A stretch of 64,000 nucleotides of DNA from an uncultured bacterium (GTDB lineage: Bacteria > JAGRBM01 > JAHCIT01), in NCBI GenBank assembly GCA_964565925.1, contig CAZMGV010000006.1, positions 16,176-80,175 on the forward strand. Direction: 5' to 3'. This document shows, in pieces, positions 29,904 through 39,788 of the stretch; the first letter of the stretch is position 1; every line of letters starts with the position of its first letter. A program made the position numbers and the translations under genes. A model generated the notes under the pieces. The model was not told the DNA's origin, made no database searches, and was given only the letters and a program-made list of their open reading frames with translations.

Positions 29904-30923
29904 ATGGCGGGCGTTTACCGGATATTCGGCATGGAACTTTCACCGTATTCGGTGAAGGTACGTTCTTATTTCCGCTACAAGAATATTCCTCACGAATGGG
30001 TCGTGCGGGACATGGCGAAGATGGCGGAGTTCCAGAAATACGCGAAGCTGCCGCTCATTCCGCTTGTCGTCACCCCCGAGGGTGAGGGCATCCAGGATTC
30101 GACACCGATCATCGAACGGTTCGAAAAGCTTTTCCCGGAACCCTCTATCCATCCGCCATCACCTGAACTGGAATTTCTGTCGGCGCTGATTGAAGAGTAT
30201 GCCGATGAATGGGGCAACAAGCCCATGTTCCATTTCCGCTGGACCTATGAACCGGACCAGAAGTCCGCTTCCGAACGGATCGCCGAGGCCAACATGCCCG
30301 GGGCACCTGCGCCGGCGCTTCAGCAGACCGCCGCCATGATCAAGCAGCGGATGGTGCCCAGGCTCAAGTTCGTGGGCTCCTGCGAGGAGACCAAAGACCA
30401 GATCGAGAAATCGTTCGAGCAGGTCTGTTCGATTCTCGAAAAGCACCTCGTGTCGCGCAAATACCTGTTCGGCAACCGCCCTGCGATGGCCGACTTCGGA
30501 CTCTACGCGCAGCTCTATGAATGCTCGATCGACCCGACACCGGGAAAATACATCCGTGAAAAAGCGCCGCACACGCTCGCCTGGATCAACCGGATGCTGA
30601 ACCCGGCAGGTGACGGTGGATGGGAGTCCTGGGACGCGCTTGAACCCACGCTCGCTCCGCTGCTCAGGGACGAAGTCGGCGAGATATTCCTTCCCTGGTC
30701 GAACGCCAACGCGCTGGCGCTCGCCAGCGGCGGCAGCGAAATGCGGGTCAATCTGCTCGGCAAGCCGTTTTCGCAGGAACCGCAGAAGTACCACGCGAAA
30801 TCGCTCGCCGCGATTCGCGAAAAATACACGGCCGTTCCCGACAAGACGAAACTGGACCCGATCCTCGAGCGCGCAGGCTGCCTGCAGTGGCTGCGGCCGC
30901 ATATACCGAAGGAAGTCGCCTGA
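29904..30923 (+). CDS. Glutathione S-transferase family protein
   Basis: SPYSVKVRSY, LIPLVV, QDSTPII, YLFGNRP.MADFG. Confidence 0.9.
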   Translation: MAGVYRIFGMELSPYSVKVRSYFRYKNIPHEWVVRDMAKMAEFQKYAKLPLIPLVVTPEGEGIQDSTPIIERFEKLFPEPSIHPPSPELEFLSALIEEYADEWGNKPMFHFRWTYEPDQKSASERIAEANMPGAPAPALQQTAAMIKQRMVPRLKFVGSCEETKDQIEKSFEQVCSILEKHLVSRKYLFGNRPAMADFGLYAQLYECSIDPTPGKYIREKAPHTLAWINRMLNPAGDGGWESWDALEPTLAPLLRDEVGEIFLPWSNANALALASGGSEMRVNLLGKPFSQEPQKYHAKSLAAIREKYTAVPDKTKLDPILERAGCLQWLRPHIPKEVA

Positions 30924-30924
30924 G

Positions 30925-31644
30925 ATGTCTGAATTCCGGCAAACAGGCGTCACTTACTACGGCCACTGGATCTGTCCGTTCGCCAAGCGACTCAAGTTCA
31001 CACTCGTGAACCGGGGAATCGCCCACGACGACGTCATTATTCCGCCGACGGCCGTCAGACCCAAGGATTTCGCGGTTCCGCCGGAGTTCATCCAGTACAG
31101 TCCCAAAGGCGAGATCCCCATGATCCGATTCCATGATAAATTTCTCGCTGATTCCATTCCGATCATGGAGTTTCTCGAAGATGTTTTTCCAGAGAACCCC
31201 ATGCTGCCGGCCGATCCCGCCGACCGGGCTTTTGTAATGGCCCGCGTCCGGTGGCTCGATGCCTTTCTGATGATGTCGGCCGCCCGCGTCTATTACGGCA
31301 CCAAAAAGAACGTCATTCTTCAGGGCTCCAAGGATCTCTCCGCCACTTTCCGGAAGATGGAGGGCTGGCTGACCACGCAGAAGTATCTGGTCGGCGACGT
31401 ACCGACACTGGCCGAGTCGATTGCCGTACCTATTTACGTGCGCCTGAACGGTCTGAGGCGGCTCGGGTTCGAACACGAAGGTCCAGGCCCGCTTCTGGAG
31501 GCTCATATGCGACGCTGCGAACAGCTGCCCGGCTGGAAGGCGGTAGCCTGGAGTGCCGAACAGGAAGATGAATTTGTGGGCCGGTTTCTCAAGTTCCGCG
31601 AGATCAAGAACCGGGAGCGGGCCGGAGTGCCGCTTGATTCGTAA
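30925..31644 (+). CDS. Glutathione S-transferase family protein (CPFA active site)
   Basis: ICPFAKR, SPKGEIP, DSIPIMEFLED, YLVGDVPTLAE; start reassigned to ATG 30925 right after the previous stop. Confidence 0.88.
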   Translation: MSEFRQTGVTYYGHWICPFAKRLKFTLVNRGIAHDDVIIPPTAVRPKDFAVPPEFIQYSPKGEIPMIRFHDKFLADSIPIMEFLEDVFPENPMLPADPADRAFVMARVRWLDAFLMMSAARVYYGTKKNVILQGSKDLSATFRKMEGWLTTQKYLVGDVPTLAESIAVPIYVRLNGLRRLGFEHEGPGPLLEAHMRRCEQLPGWKAVAWSAEQEDEFVGRFLKFREIKNRERAGVPLDS

Positions 31645-31673
31645 GCGGTCCCGGGCCCGGTTAAACTGGACGG

Positions 31674-32276
31674 ATGCACGACCACGATCACAAACCCGGC
31701 CAGATTGAACTGCGTCTGAGAGAAATCGGACAGCTGTTCAATTCGATGGATCCTTCCCCCTTCTGGGACAAGGATCTGGACCACGATGCCGAGATGTTTA
31801 TCGTCGAATGGGCGGAGGATTTTCCGACCGATCAGCCGCTCAAGCTGGTCATCCATCTAGAAAAGCCGGCGAATGACATGTTCGCCCACTCCCAGGTAAA
31901 CGAAGCGATCCATCACTATTTCAGCTATCAGGCGGAGAGGTCCCGCCGCCGGCTCCGGGCACTGCTCAAGCAGGGACGCACGAGTCTGATTGTCGGTCTG
32001 TCGTTTCTGGCGGCGTGCCTGATCGCGGCCGACCTGATCCGTAAATTCTGGCAGGGACCCGGTTCGGGGATCGCCGGAGAAAGCCTCTATATCGGGGGCT
32101 GGGTCGCCATGTGGCGCCCGCTCGAAATCTATCTCTATGAATGGTGGCCCATCCGGCGCATGGCGCTTGTGTTCGACAAACTGAGCGACATCGAGGTGGA
32201 ACTACGCATTCAGTCGGAACTCACCGCTCCGAATGCGGCCATGTCCAAACTGGTCGGCACCCATCATCATCGCTGA
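31674..32276 (+). CDS. Conserved hypothetical membrane protein
   Basis: IELRL...QLFNSMDPSPF..KDLD N-terminus and two C-terminal TM segments ending GWVAMWRPLEIYLYEWWP. Confidence 0.75.
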   Translation: MHDHDHKPGQIELRLREIGQLFNSMDPSPFWDKDLDHDAEMFIVEWAEDFPTDQPLKLVIHLEKPANDMFAHSQVNEAIHHYFSYQAERSRRRLRALLKQGRTSLIVGLSFLAACLIAADLIRKFWQGPGSGIAGESLYIGGWVAMWRPLEIYLYEWWPIRRMALVFDKLSDIEVELRIQSELTAPNAAMSKLVGTHHHR

Positions 32277-32674
32277 CCGGCTGCCACGGGCCGCGGATTC
32301 TTCTTCTTGTCCTCGACCCAGTGAAAAGTAAACAGGGTCCCGCTTACTACCAGAATAATGAACATGACCAGCCAGGCGGGCAGATCCATCGCCGGATCGT
32401 AAAAGGCGGTTTCGCGGTAAAACGTCATCCAGTGAGTCCACCGGAACCCGACCAGTACGATTTCCAGAATGCACAGGATGACGGTCTCGATCATGAAAAA
32501 CCGGTGAATCTGCAGACGGCGGCGGCGGTGAACGGAGATTCCGGTCATCAGCAACGCATACAGCAGACCGACCGCTATCAGGGTGACGGTCCAGTCGGCG
32601 GCCAGCCAGCAGAGCGGAAGAATCCACGCTACCGCCACGAACATTCCGCCGAATGTGGTGACCAGCTGGTTCAT
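32267..32674 (-). CDS. Hypothetical membrane protein (about 4 TM)
   Basis: Several hydrophobic segments; start uncertain (32674 or 32749). Confidence 0.6.
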   Translation of the reverse strand: MNQLVTTFGGMFVAVAWILPLCWLAADWTVTLIAVGLLYALLMTGISVHRRRRLQIHRFFMIETVILCILEIVLVGFRWTHWMTFYRETAFYDPAMDLPAWLVMFIILVVSGTLFTFHWVEDKKKNPRPVAAGQR

Positions 32675-32798
32675 GCCGATGGGCACGCCCGCAGTTCCGG
32701 AACCTTTCAGGGTCCCGGCCGTCTGTATTCCGGTGGGTGGTGGCACCATTACATTTTAGCTAACTCCTGTTCCGGGGTGAACTGTTTTTTCTGTCCGC

Positions 32799-32812
32799 TG
32801 ACTCTGGCGTCA
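32799..32812. promoter_or_regulatory. Candidate operator TGAC-N6-GTCA
   Basis: TGACTCTGGCGTCA, 13/14 identical to the reverse complement of the 39271 site; 48 bp upstream of the NMO-family start. Confidence 0.6.
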
Positions 32813-32859
32813 CCCCGAAGGCATGCTAGGTTCGCGTCGCCTTGAAGGAGGTTCTCCCT

Positions 32860-33756
32860 ATGCTGTCCGTTCAGACCGACCTCACCCGCATGCTCGGCAT
32901 GAAAATGCCCGTTATCGGCGCACCGATGTTTCTCGTATCCCGGGTCGATCTGGTAGCCGCCGTGACCAACGCCGGCGGACTGGGGACGTTTCCCAGTCTC
33001 AACTACCGCACGCATGAGGAGTTCCGTCAGGCACTTTCGGAGATCAAGCGGAAAGTCGGAAACAAGCCGTTCGGCGTGAACCTGATCGTGAAAGGCACCG
33101 GCAAGCTCGAAAATCCGCGCCTGTACGAAGATCTGGATGCCGTCATCGAGGAAAAGGTCGCCCTCGTGATCACCAGTCTCGGCAATCCCTCTCCGATTAT
33201 CGAGAAATGCCGTCCCAAAGGCATCCGGGTGTTCAGCGACGTGATCAACCTGAAGCATTCCCTGAAGGTCAAAGAGGCCGGGGCCGACGCGCTGATCGCC
33301 GTCTGCGCCGGAGCGGGCGGCCATGCCGGAACGACTTCGCCGCTGGTACTGGTTCCTTATCTGAAAGAGAAAACCGGACTCCCGGTGGTCGCCGCGGGCG
33401 GAATCGCCACGGGCGGCCAGATCGCTTCGGTGCTCGCGCTCGGAGCCGGTGCCGCCTATGTCGGGACACGCTTTATCGCCACACCGGAATCGGACGCTCC
33501 GCAGGGCTTCAAGGAAATGATCACCAGATGCACGCCCGACGACATCATTTATACGAACAAGGTTAGCGGCGTTTGGGCCAACTTCATGAAACCGTCATAC
33601 GACGAAAACTTCGGTAAGGGTAACGCCTGGAAGGATATCTGGTCCGCCGGACACAACGTCGGTCTGATCGATGATATCGTTCCTGCCGGACAGATCGTCG
33701 AGCGGATGATGAAGGAATACGCGGAAGCGGTCAGCCGGATTCCCCGGCCGGAGTAA
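32860..33756 (+). CDS. Nitronate monooxygenase/FabK-like flavin oxidoreductase
   Basis: PVIGAPMF, AGGLG, PFGVNL, GAGGHAG, PVVAAGGI, GTRFIAT.ES, IWSAG..VG. Confidence 0.92.
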   Translation: MLSVQTDLTRMLGMKMPVIGAPMFLVSRVDLVAAVTNAGGLGTFPSLNYRTHEEFRQALSEIKRKVGNKPFGVNLIVKGTGKLENPRLYEDLDAVIEEKVALVITSLGNPSPIIEKCRPKGIRVFSDVINLKHSLKVKEAGADALIAVCAGAGGHAGTTSPLVLVPYLKEKTGLPVVAAGGIATGGQIASVLALGAGAAYVGTRFIATPESDAPQGFKEMITRCTPDDIIYTNKVSGVWANFMKPSYDENFGKGNAWKDIWSAGHNVGLIDDIVPAGQIVERMMKEYAEAVSRIPRPE

Positions 33757-33813
33757 CCTGCTGGAATATACGCGAAATAAAAGAACCCGGCCGGTTCACT
33801 TCCAGAATACCGG

Positions 33814-35028
33814 TCAGGACGCGACGGCGGCGGCTTCGGCCGCTGTTTCTTTTTTCCAGGTCCGGATGTTCAGGATCGCCAGCGATCCGAAGGTGCCCGC
33901 GGCCACGATAAACGGAAGCCGGTGATCGACATCGAACAGACGGATACCGCACAGCGGACCCAGCACCCGCCCGAGACTCCCCAGACTCTGGGCTACACCC
34001 AGTACGGTTCCCTGTTCGTGAGCCGCCGTATGCTTTGAGATCAATCCGGTCATGTTCGGATTGGCAAGCCCGCCGCCCAGGCCGATCAGCACGGCAAACA
34101 CGTAAAGCATCCAGTAGGGGGCGTTCAGCGGAAACAGCAAAATCGGAATCACGTACACGGTCAATCCCGTCACCAGCAGCGTCCGCTCGTCGAACCGTTT
34201 GCCGTACTTGCGGATAAACCAGCCCTGGATGACGGCATTCGTGAGTCCTACGGCCATCAGTACCAACCCGGCATGATAACCGGCCTCCTCCACCGGAAGA
34301 TGAAGCAGATACTGGATCAGCAGCGGAATCGGCTGTTCCATGTTCGAGAAGGCGAAGCTCGCAAACGCGAACGAGATCACAAACACCCAGAGCACCGGGT
34401 GCTTGAACACGTTGACCAGCGCGCCGAAATCGACCGGCGACATGGACCGGGCATCGGCCTGCTTGCGCAGTTCAACCGGAAGCGATTCCGGCAGCCGGAC
34501 CGCCGCCAGCAGGAAGTTCAGGCCGCAGAGCGCGCTCGCTATCAGGCCAGGGGCATGAAGCCCCAGCTTGGCGGCGGCGATACCGCCCAGCGGCGGCCCC
34601 AGCGTGAACCCGATGCCGAACGATGCGCCCACAAGCGCCATGCCGCGGGCCCGTTCTTCGCGTGGCGTAATATCGGCGATATACGCCATGGCCGCGCCGA
34701 TGTTGCCGGCAAAGACGCCCGCGAACACCCGGGAGATGAACAGCATGGGAAGATTCGTGGCGAGTCCGAAGATCAGGTAGGAGACCGTCTGTCCGCCCAG
34801 CGAAATAAGCAGGATCGGCCGGCGGCCGAACCGGTCCGACAGCCGCCCCCAGATCGGGGCGAACACGAACTGCATGGCCGAAAACGAGGCGGCCAGCGAC
34901 GCCAGCGTCCAGCCCGAAGCACCGAAATGCTTGCCGTAGACGCCGATCAGCGGGATCACCATCCCGAAACCGATCAGGTCCATAAACACGGTGCTGAAGA
35001 TGATGAAAAGCTGGCTGCGGCGGTTCAT
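33814..35028 (-). CDS. MFS transporter, TetA/DHA1-like
   Basis: DLIGFGMVIP, GRLSDRFGRRP (motif A), AYIADIT..EERAR, GFTLGP.LGG. Confidence 0.95.
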   Translation of the reverse strand: MNRRSQLFIIFSTVFMDLIGFGMVIPLIGVYGKHFGASGWTLASLAASFSAMQFVFAPIWGRLSDRFGRRPILLISLGGQTVSYLIFGLATNLPMLFISRVFAGVFAGNIGAAMAYIADITPREERARGMALVGASFGIGFTLGPPLGGIAAAKLGLHAPGLIASALCGLNFLLAAVRLPESLPVELRKQADARSMSPVDFGALVNVFKHPVLWVFVISFAFASFAFSNMEQPIPLLIQYLLHLPVEEAGYHAGLVLMAVGLTNAVIQGWFIRKYGKRFDERTLLVTGLTVYVIPILLFPLNAPYWMLYVFAVLIGLGGGLANPNMTGLISKHTAAHEQGTVLGVAQSLGSLGRVLGPLCGIRLFDVDHRLPFIVAAGTFGSLAILNIRTWKKETAAEAAAVAS

Positions 35029-35126
35029 GGAACGCGCTTTGTTACCTGCGGTTGAAACCGGTGGCAAGGGATCATACGTTATGCCCGGACGCAGCGACGG
35101 ACGGGGCGACGGAGTAAATATCTGCA

Positions 35127-35366
35127 ATGGCGAACGCACTGGAACTACGAAAAGGCATTCGGGTAAAAATCGTCACCCTGAGACACGAAAACCCTTCACG
35201 TGCGTGGCCATTCCAGATGGAATGCACGGCAGGTTCCACGGGCACTGTCGTCACCGGTCCGTTCAAGGGCGACTGGTACCTGCTGGCGCTGGACTGTTCC
35301 AGAGATATCGTCGGTACCTACCGCCGGTTCGTCTCCGTCACTCCGGACGAAATCGAACGGACCTGA
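35127..35366 (+). CDS. Small hypothetical protein (79 aa)
   Basis: GGAG upstream; first gene of a tightly packed + strand run. Confidence 0.55.
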   Translation: MANALELRKGIRVKIVTLRHENPSRAWPFQMECTAGSTGTVVTGPFKGDWYLLALDCSRDIVGTYRRFVSVTPDEIERT

Positions 35367-35373
35367 CTGTTCC

Positions 35374-36210
35374 ATGAACCGACCTGCGATTCGCCTGACA
35401 GCTATCTGCACGATCTGCCTGTCCATCATTGCCGGTACCGTTGCGTGCAACCGTCCGGCGGCGGGAACCGGCCCGTACTATGCCAAATTCGACGAAGCAC
35501 TCACGCGGGAACTGGAACCCTATCCCCCCTCCCGGGCGCTGGTCGTCGGAACGAATCTCTGGCTGCCGAAGGATTACGCGAAGAAATTCAAGCGCGCGCT
35601 GACGCTGGTCAACGTCGGCGAGGAACGGCTGATCTCTTTTTACCGGATCGACGGATATCTCGCCGTCAGTATTCCGGACGCCGACAATCCCGTGCCTTAT
35701 GAACAGCCACGGGAAAACGTGAACAAGATGCTGCTCGCCTATGGACAGACGCCGCTAAAACCGGATGAGCAGACCCGGTGGGTGGACCTGCGAATGCGGT
35801 TCGAGGGCGAGTCGTTCCGGGCCATGTCCCTCACCCTTCAGCGGCTCATCGCCGTCGACGAAACCAACGGCCTCGAACTGGCGTTCCGGCCGTGGATAGC
35901 CCTGCCCGAAACCTGGCTGGATATTGGCGGCAAAATGATCTCGGCGCACGAACTGATCCGGGCGACCAGACCGCGTCTCGACGTCATCGTACAGGCCGAC
36001 ACCCTTTCGCTTCGGTACACCCGACCGAACCCAGTCTTCAGTATCGCCCGCCTGTTCACCCGTGCGTACCCGGCGCTTCTGGGTTCGAGACGCGACGCCC
36101 CCGTGTCAGGCATGGCGGTCTGGATGGACCAGCGCCGCGGAAACTTCAGCTGTCCTTCGCCGGCTCCCAAGGTCCAGTACTGCAACTACGAGGAGTTCCA
36201 TGCTCAGTAG
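35374..36210 (+). CDS. Hypothetical lipoprotein
   Basis: MNRPAIR + hydrophobic stretch + VAC lipobox-like; start reassigned to 35374. Confidence 0.65.
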   Translation: MNRPAIRLTAICTICLSIIAGTVACNRPAAGTGPYYAKFDEALTRELEPYPPSRALVVGTNLWLPKDYAKKFKRALTLVNVGEERLISFYRIDGYLAVSIPDADNPVPYEQPRENVNKMLLAYGQTPLKPDEQTRWVDLRMRFEGESFRAMSLTLQRLIAVDETNGLELAFRPWIALPETWLDIGGKMISAHELIRATRPRLDVIVQADTLSLRYTRPNPVFSIARLFTRAYPALLGSRRDAPVSGMAVWMDQRRGNFSCPSPAPKVQYCNYEEFHAQ

Positions 36211-38113
36211 GCTTCTGCCGGCCTGGCTTCTCGTCATCGTTGCGGTCACCGCCCCCCGCATCTGGATCGCGAAGCAGGACTGGCAGCGGGATCTGGGGCT
36301 CTGGCGCGACAATGTGTACGTCCGGGCCGGCGAGCAGTATCACCGGGACGGACCTTTCACGGGCGGTCTGGCAATGCGGCCGGTTGAACGCGAACTGGAC
36401 GGCGAAAAAACCTTCTATACGAATCATCCGCCGCTCTATCCGTTGTCCATCGGCGTTTCATTCGCCCTGTTCGGAGAAAGTTTCTGGGCGGCCCGGGCTC
36501 CGGAACTGGCGGCGTCGCTTCTGCTCGTCCTGATGCTCTGGAACATCGCCACCCGGGCCGACGAGGATCTAGAAGATGTCTCCCTTCATGCGGCGGCGCT
36601 GCTTGCGGTGACACCCGGCCTGGTCATGCATTCCATATCCGGCGATGTCGTCGGGACGATGGCCGTTTTCGGCGAAGTCGCCGTCATCTGGTCCTATCTG
36701 GGGTACCGCCATGCGATGACCCCGGTCTCGAGCCCCCTCTTTGTGATCGTCGCCGTCACCGCCCTGTTCATCGACTGGCTCACACTTTTTGCAACCGCCG
36801 CTTGTCTTGTTCATCTGCTGACGGATCGTGAGCGGCCAGCCAGTGCTTTGCGTACAGCTGCCGCGACGTTCATTTCCGTATCGGGGCTGTTCGCCCTGCT
36901 GGTCCTTTTTTATATGGCACCGGGCGGCGGTCTTACCGGAGTGGTGGCTCTCACGCGGGGGGTGCTCTTTCATTCGATGCCGGCGGCCTGGACCGCCGGC
37001 GGCTTCAGCCTGAGCGGCCTCTGGCCGGTTCTGGCAGGCTGGCGCCGGATGCTGATGCTGCCGGTGGCCGTGCTCGGCATCTGGGAGCTGGTTTTCCAGC
37101 CAGAGGATCCCAGACCCAACGGCCTGCGGACCGCCTGCCGGTTGCTTCTGGCGACCACCCTTCTTCACGTCGGTATTTATCTTTTCGGTTCGCTTCAGGC
37201 TCACGAATATCTCGGGCTTCCGCTGGTGACGCTGCTATCGTTTGCCGCCGCCATCAAGCTGGTCCGGTTCCGGAGCGCACTGATTTCCTGGAGTGCGCTC
37301 GCGGTGCTGATAGCAGGGGGGGTATTTGGAATTCGCGGCCAGGTTGCGAAGGAGCAGAATTTTTATGCGCCGCGAATTGTCCTGTACCGGGATATTGCCG
37401 CTGCGGTCAGGCAGAAGGCAGACGGTTTTCCGTCCACCTCTGCCGTCACCATTGGAACCAACGCGTGGGTACCGAGGGGGTTCGAAGCCTCTATCGCGCC
37501 GAACCTCCGGCTTGTCCGGGTGGGCGATCCGGCGACAATTCCGTTCCTGAATCTCGACGGCTTTCTGGCCGTGAAACCGCCGCAGGGAATGGACCTGACC
37601 CCAACTCCTTATGAGCGGATTGAAGCGGCGCCGCTGGTTGCAGCACTTGGTGCAGCGCCCCAGACGGCAGCTCTGTCATGGATTCCGCTCCCGCCAAAAA
37701 TCCCGGTAATCACTGAGCCATCCGGAGAAACCGCACCGGATACGCCCGCCGAGCTTTCCGTCTCGGTGACTGCAAGCAGGGGGCTCACGCTTGTCTTCAG
37801 TCCGGATGTATCGCTGCCCGATTCGGTTATCGCCGTGTTCGACCGGGTGTACCGTGGCGACGAACTGCTGCGCGAAGGCGGAAAGCGGCTTTCAGTCAGC
37901 CGGTCGGCCGACGGTGTGGCGCTGGACTACCGCGAGCGGTTCGATGGGGAAACCCGGTATCTCGACTACTTTCACGCCTATCCGGTGCTGGCAGGTTCGT
38001 ATCTCACCGATGCGATCCGGGTCCACCAGACGACGCTGGACGGCCGAAAAGCGGTGTTCATCTGCCCGCTACCGGGACCGGAGAAGCGATCATGCCGACG
38101 AATAAGCGCATAA
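36200..38113 (+). CDS. GT-C fold glycosyltransferase (ArnT/PMT-2-like) with C-terminal periplasmic extension
   Basis: YTNHPPLYP...FALFGES.WAAR, many TM segments; start reassigned to ATG 36200. Confidence 0.8.
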   Translation: MLSRLLPAWLLVIVAVTAPRIWIAKQDWQRDLGLWRDNVYVRAGEQYHRDGPFTGGLAMRPVERELDGEKTFYTNHPPLYPLSIGVSFALFGESFWAARAPELAASLLLVLMLWNIATRADEDLEDVSLHAAALLAVTPGLVMHSISGDVVGTMAVFGEVAVIWSYLGYRHAMTPVSSPLFVIVAVTALFIDWLTLFATAACLVHLLTDRERPASALRTAAATFISVSGLFALLVLFYMAPGGGLTGVVALTRGVLFHSMPAAWTAGGFSLSGLWPVLAGWRRMLMLPVAVLGIWELVFQPEDPRPNGLRTACRLLLATTLLHVGIYLFGSLQAHEYLGLPLVTLLSFAAAIKLVRFRSALISWSALAVLIAGGVFGIRGQVAKEQNFYAPRIVLYRDIAAAVRQKADGFPSTSAVTIGTNAWVPRGFEASIAPNLRLVRVGDPATIPFLNLDGFLAVKPPQGMDLTPTPYERIEAAPLVAALGAAPQTAALSWIPLPPKIPVITEPSGETAPDTPAELSVSVTASRGLTLVFSPDVSLPDSVIAVFDRVYRGDELLREGGKRLSVSRSADGVALDYRERFDGETRYLDYFHAYPVLAGSYLTDAIRVHQTTLDGRKAVFICPLPGPEKRSCRRISA

Positions 38114-38268
38114 TTCGAACTTTGAAGATACTAGTAATGCTTATCGTTACGAACGGTATTTTCGTCGCCTGGCAGTGTGATAAAGCCGATGACTGTCTGG
38201 ACCGAGGTGGTTGCTGGAATCACAAAGACCATGTTTGTGAATTCAAAGACAACCACAACTGTCGATAG
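38092..38268 (+). CDS. Unannotated 58-aa single-TM protein with Cys-rich C-terminus
   Basis: MPTNKRIIRTLKILVMLIVTNGIFVAWQCDKADDCLDRGGCWNHKDHVCEFKDNHNCR; GGAG RBS; fills the gap to the convergent gene. Confidence 0.65.
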   Translation: MPTNKRIIRTLKILVMLIVTNGIFVAWQCDKADDCLDRGGCWNHKDHVCEFKDNHNCR

Positions 38269-38276
38269 CCACAATA

Positions 38277-39242
38277 TCAAGCGTCGGCGAACCGGTACCC
38301 GGTCGGGTTCATCTGTTTCTGCATGAACTTCTTGAGATAGTCGTCCAGGAATCCGCCGCTGCGGCTATGGCCGGTCCGGTCCATCGCCTTCAGATAGGCC
38401 GGGGAATGCCGGAACCGGGCGTGGAGCGTCGGGTACACGGCCCGCAGGGTACGGATCGATGTTTCGTAGATGGCCTTCTCGATCACGCCGTATTTGAACC
38501 GGTACTCGTGCCGGATCCGGGGCGGCATCAATCCCGCAGTCATGATCTTGAACCAGTCCATAATCCGTTGCTGGTCGGGCTTGGGCGGTTGCAGAACGTG
38601 ATGGGCTATCTCTGCCGACGCACTGCCTACGGTCAGGATATCCGAATCCCACATCTTCCGGTTGTATGCCATGAATTCGTTCCAGTCGGGCGGAATAATC
38701 CGGTCCGGTACCCCGAACAGATAGGCGAAGAACTTGGACTCCTGGTAGTACCGGTTTTTCTCTTCCAGCGTGAGTTTGCCGACGATCAGCTCGTATATCT
38801 GGACACTGGTGTCCCAGAGCGTCGCATGAACCCATAGGAGGGCGTCGTCGTCGTTGGCATCATATTTTGAGCCGTTGTCGTAGGCCCCCACCCGCTCCGT
38901 GATCAGTCCGTGGATCATCTCATGAACCGTGTGAACCCGGCGGGAGGCCTTGAAGGCTGCCTCAAGGTTACCGAACAGCATGGCGTCCACGCTCTTGAAG
39001 GTTCTCACCCCGCGGCCATGGGGGTCGGTACGGTATTTGGAGTGCTGCACGACCGCATGGGCGACAAACGGATGGGCCGTCTGGAGCAGCAGCGCCCGGC
39101 CGCCGCCTACACCGCCGATCATCTCGCGGCCGACCTTCCACATCATCGAGTCAGGACCGAAAAGACCGGCGTTGGGGTCCTTGGTCTGCGACCGGAGGCG
39201 GTCCAGGTAGTTCTCGAGCTGATCGCGGGTGACGTGTGCCAT
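38277..39242 (-). CDS. DUF2236 / MpaB-like oxygenase family protein
   Basis: GLFGPDSMMWKV, ALLLQTAHP.VA.AV.QHS, VHTVH, ALLWVHATL, GLMPP.IR. Confidence 0.9.
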   Translation of the reverse strand: MAHVTRDQLENYLDRLRSQTKDPNAGLFGPDSMMWKVGREMIGGVGGGRALLLQTAHPFVAHAVVQHSKYRTDPHGRGVRTFKSVDAMLFGNLEAAFKASRRVHTVHEMIHGLITERVGAYDNGSKYDANDDDALLWVHATLWDTSVQIYELIVGKLTLEEKNRYYQESKFFAYLFGVPDRIIPPDWNEFMAYNRKMWDSDILTVGSASAEIAHHVLQPPKPDQQRIMDWFKIMTAGLMPPRIRHEYRFKYGVIEKAIYETSIRTLRAVYPTLHARFRHSPAYLKAMDRTGHSRSGGFLDDYLKKFMQKQMNPTGYRFADA

Positions 39243-39267
39243 GAGAGTTCCTTTTAACGGAAAATCG

Positions 39268-39287
39268 AACTGACGCCAGTGTCAGTT
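39268..39287. promoter_or_regulatory. Candidate operator AACTGAC-N6-GTCAGTT
   Basis: Perfect 7-6-7 palindrome 26-45 bp upstream of the DUF2236 start, overlapping the -10 position of a TTGACA (39301-39306, minus strand). Confidence 0.65.
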
Positions 39288-39312
39288 TTTTGTGGATATA
39301 TGTCAACCACAA

Positions 39313-39352
39313 AATAAGAACACCGTTTTCTTTTCAGAAAACGGTGTTCTTA
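39313..39352 (-). terminator. 18-bp perfect hairpin downstream of HU
   Basis: ATAAGAACACCGTTTTCT-TTTC-AGAAAACGGTGTTCTTAT; GAAA loop on the minus strand. Confidence 0.65.
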
Positions 39353-39515
39353 TCAAAATTAATGCCCGGGGACGACCGAAAAGTAGGTGAGGGCTATGGG
39401 TTTAACATCCGGCCGCCCCCGGACAATTTTAAGTCCGGTTCAAAAACTCGGATACCTGGGCGGACGCCGCCGGCAGGCCTTGCGGCCTTCTGACGGCGTT
39501 CACCTCAGTCAGGTA

Positions 39516-39788
39516 TTAGAGCTTCTCTTTGAGCGACGGGGCCGGCTTGAAGCCCACGGTCTTGGAAGCCTTGATCTTGATGGTCGCGCCCGTCTGCGGG
39601 TTGCGGCCGGTGCGGGCAGCGCGGTTGCGGACCGTGAAGGTTCCGAAGCCGGGCATTGCAAAGCGCTTTTCTTTTTTGACGGAGGCGCCGATCGCATCGA
39701 AGGTTGCGTCGATGAGTTCCTCGACGGTCTTCTTGGAAACGCCTTCGGCCGATTCGGCCACTTTGTTTACGAGTTCTGCTTTCGTCAT
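39516..39788 (-). CDS. hup: HU family DNA-binding protein
   Basis: MTKAELV, GFGTF.V..RAAR.GRNPQTG..I.I.A.K...FKP...LK. Confidence 0.97.
   Translation of the reverse strand: MTKAELVNKVAESAEGVSKKTVEELIDATFDAIGASVKKEKRFAMPGFGTFTVRNRAARTGRNPQTGATIKIKASKTVGFKPAPSLKEKL

Noticed and set aside
30610-30924. N-terminal extension of the second GST in the ORF track
   Set aside because: It overlaps the first GST by 314 nt; the GST fold starts at ATG 30925.
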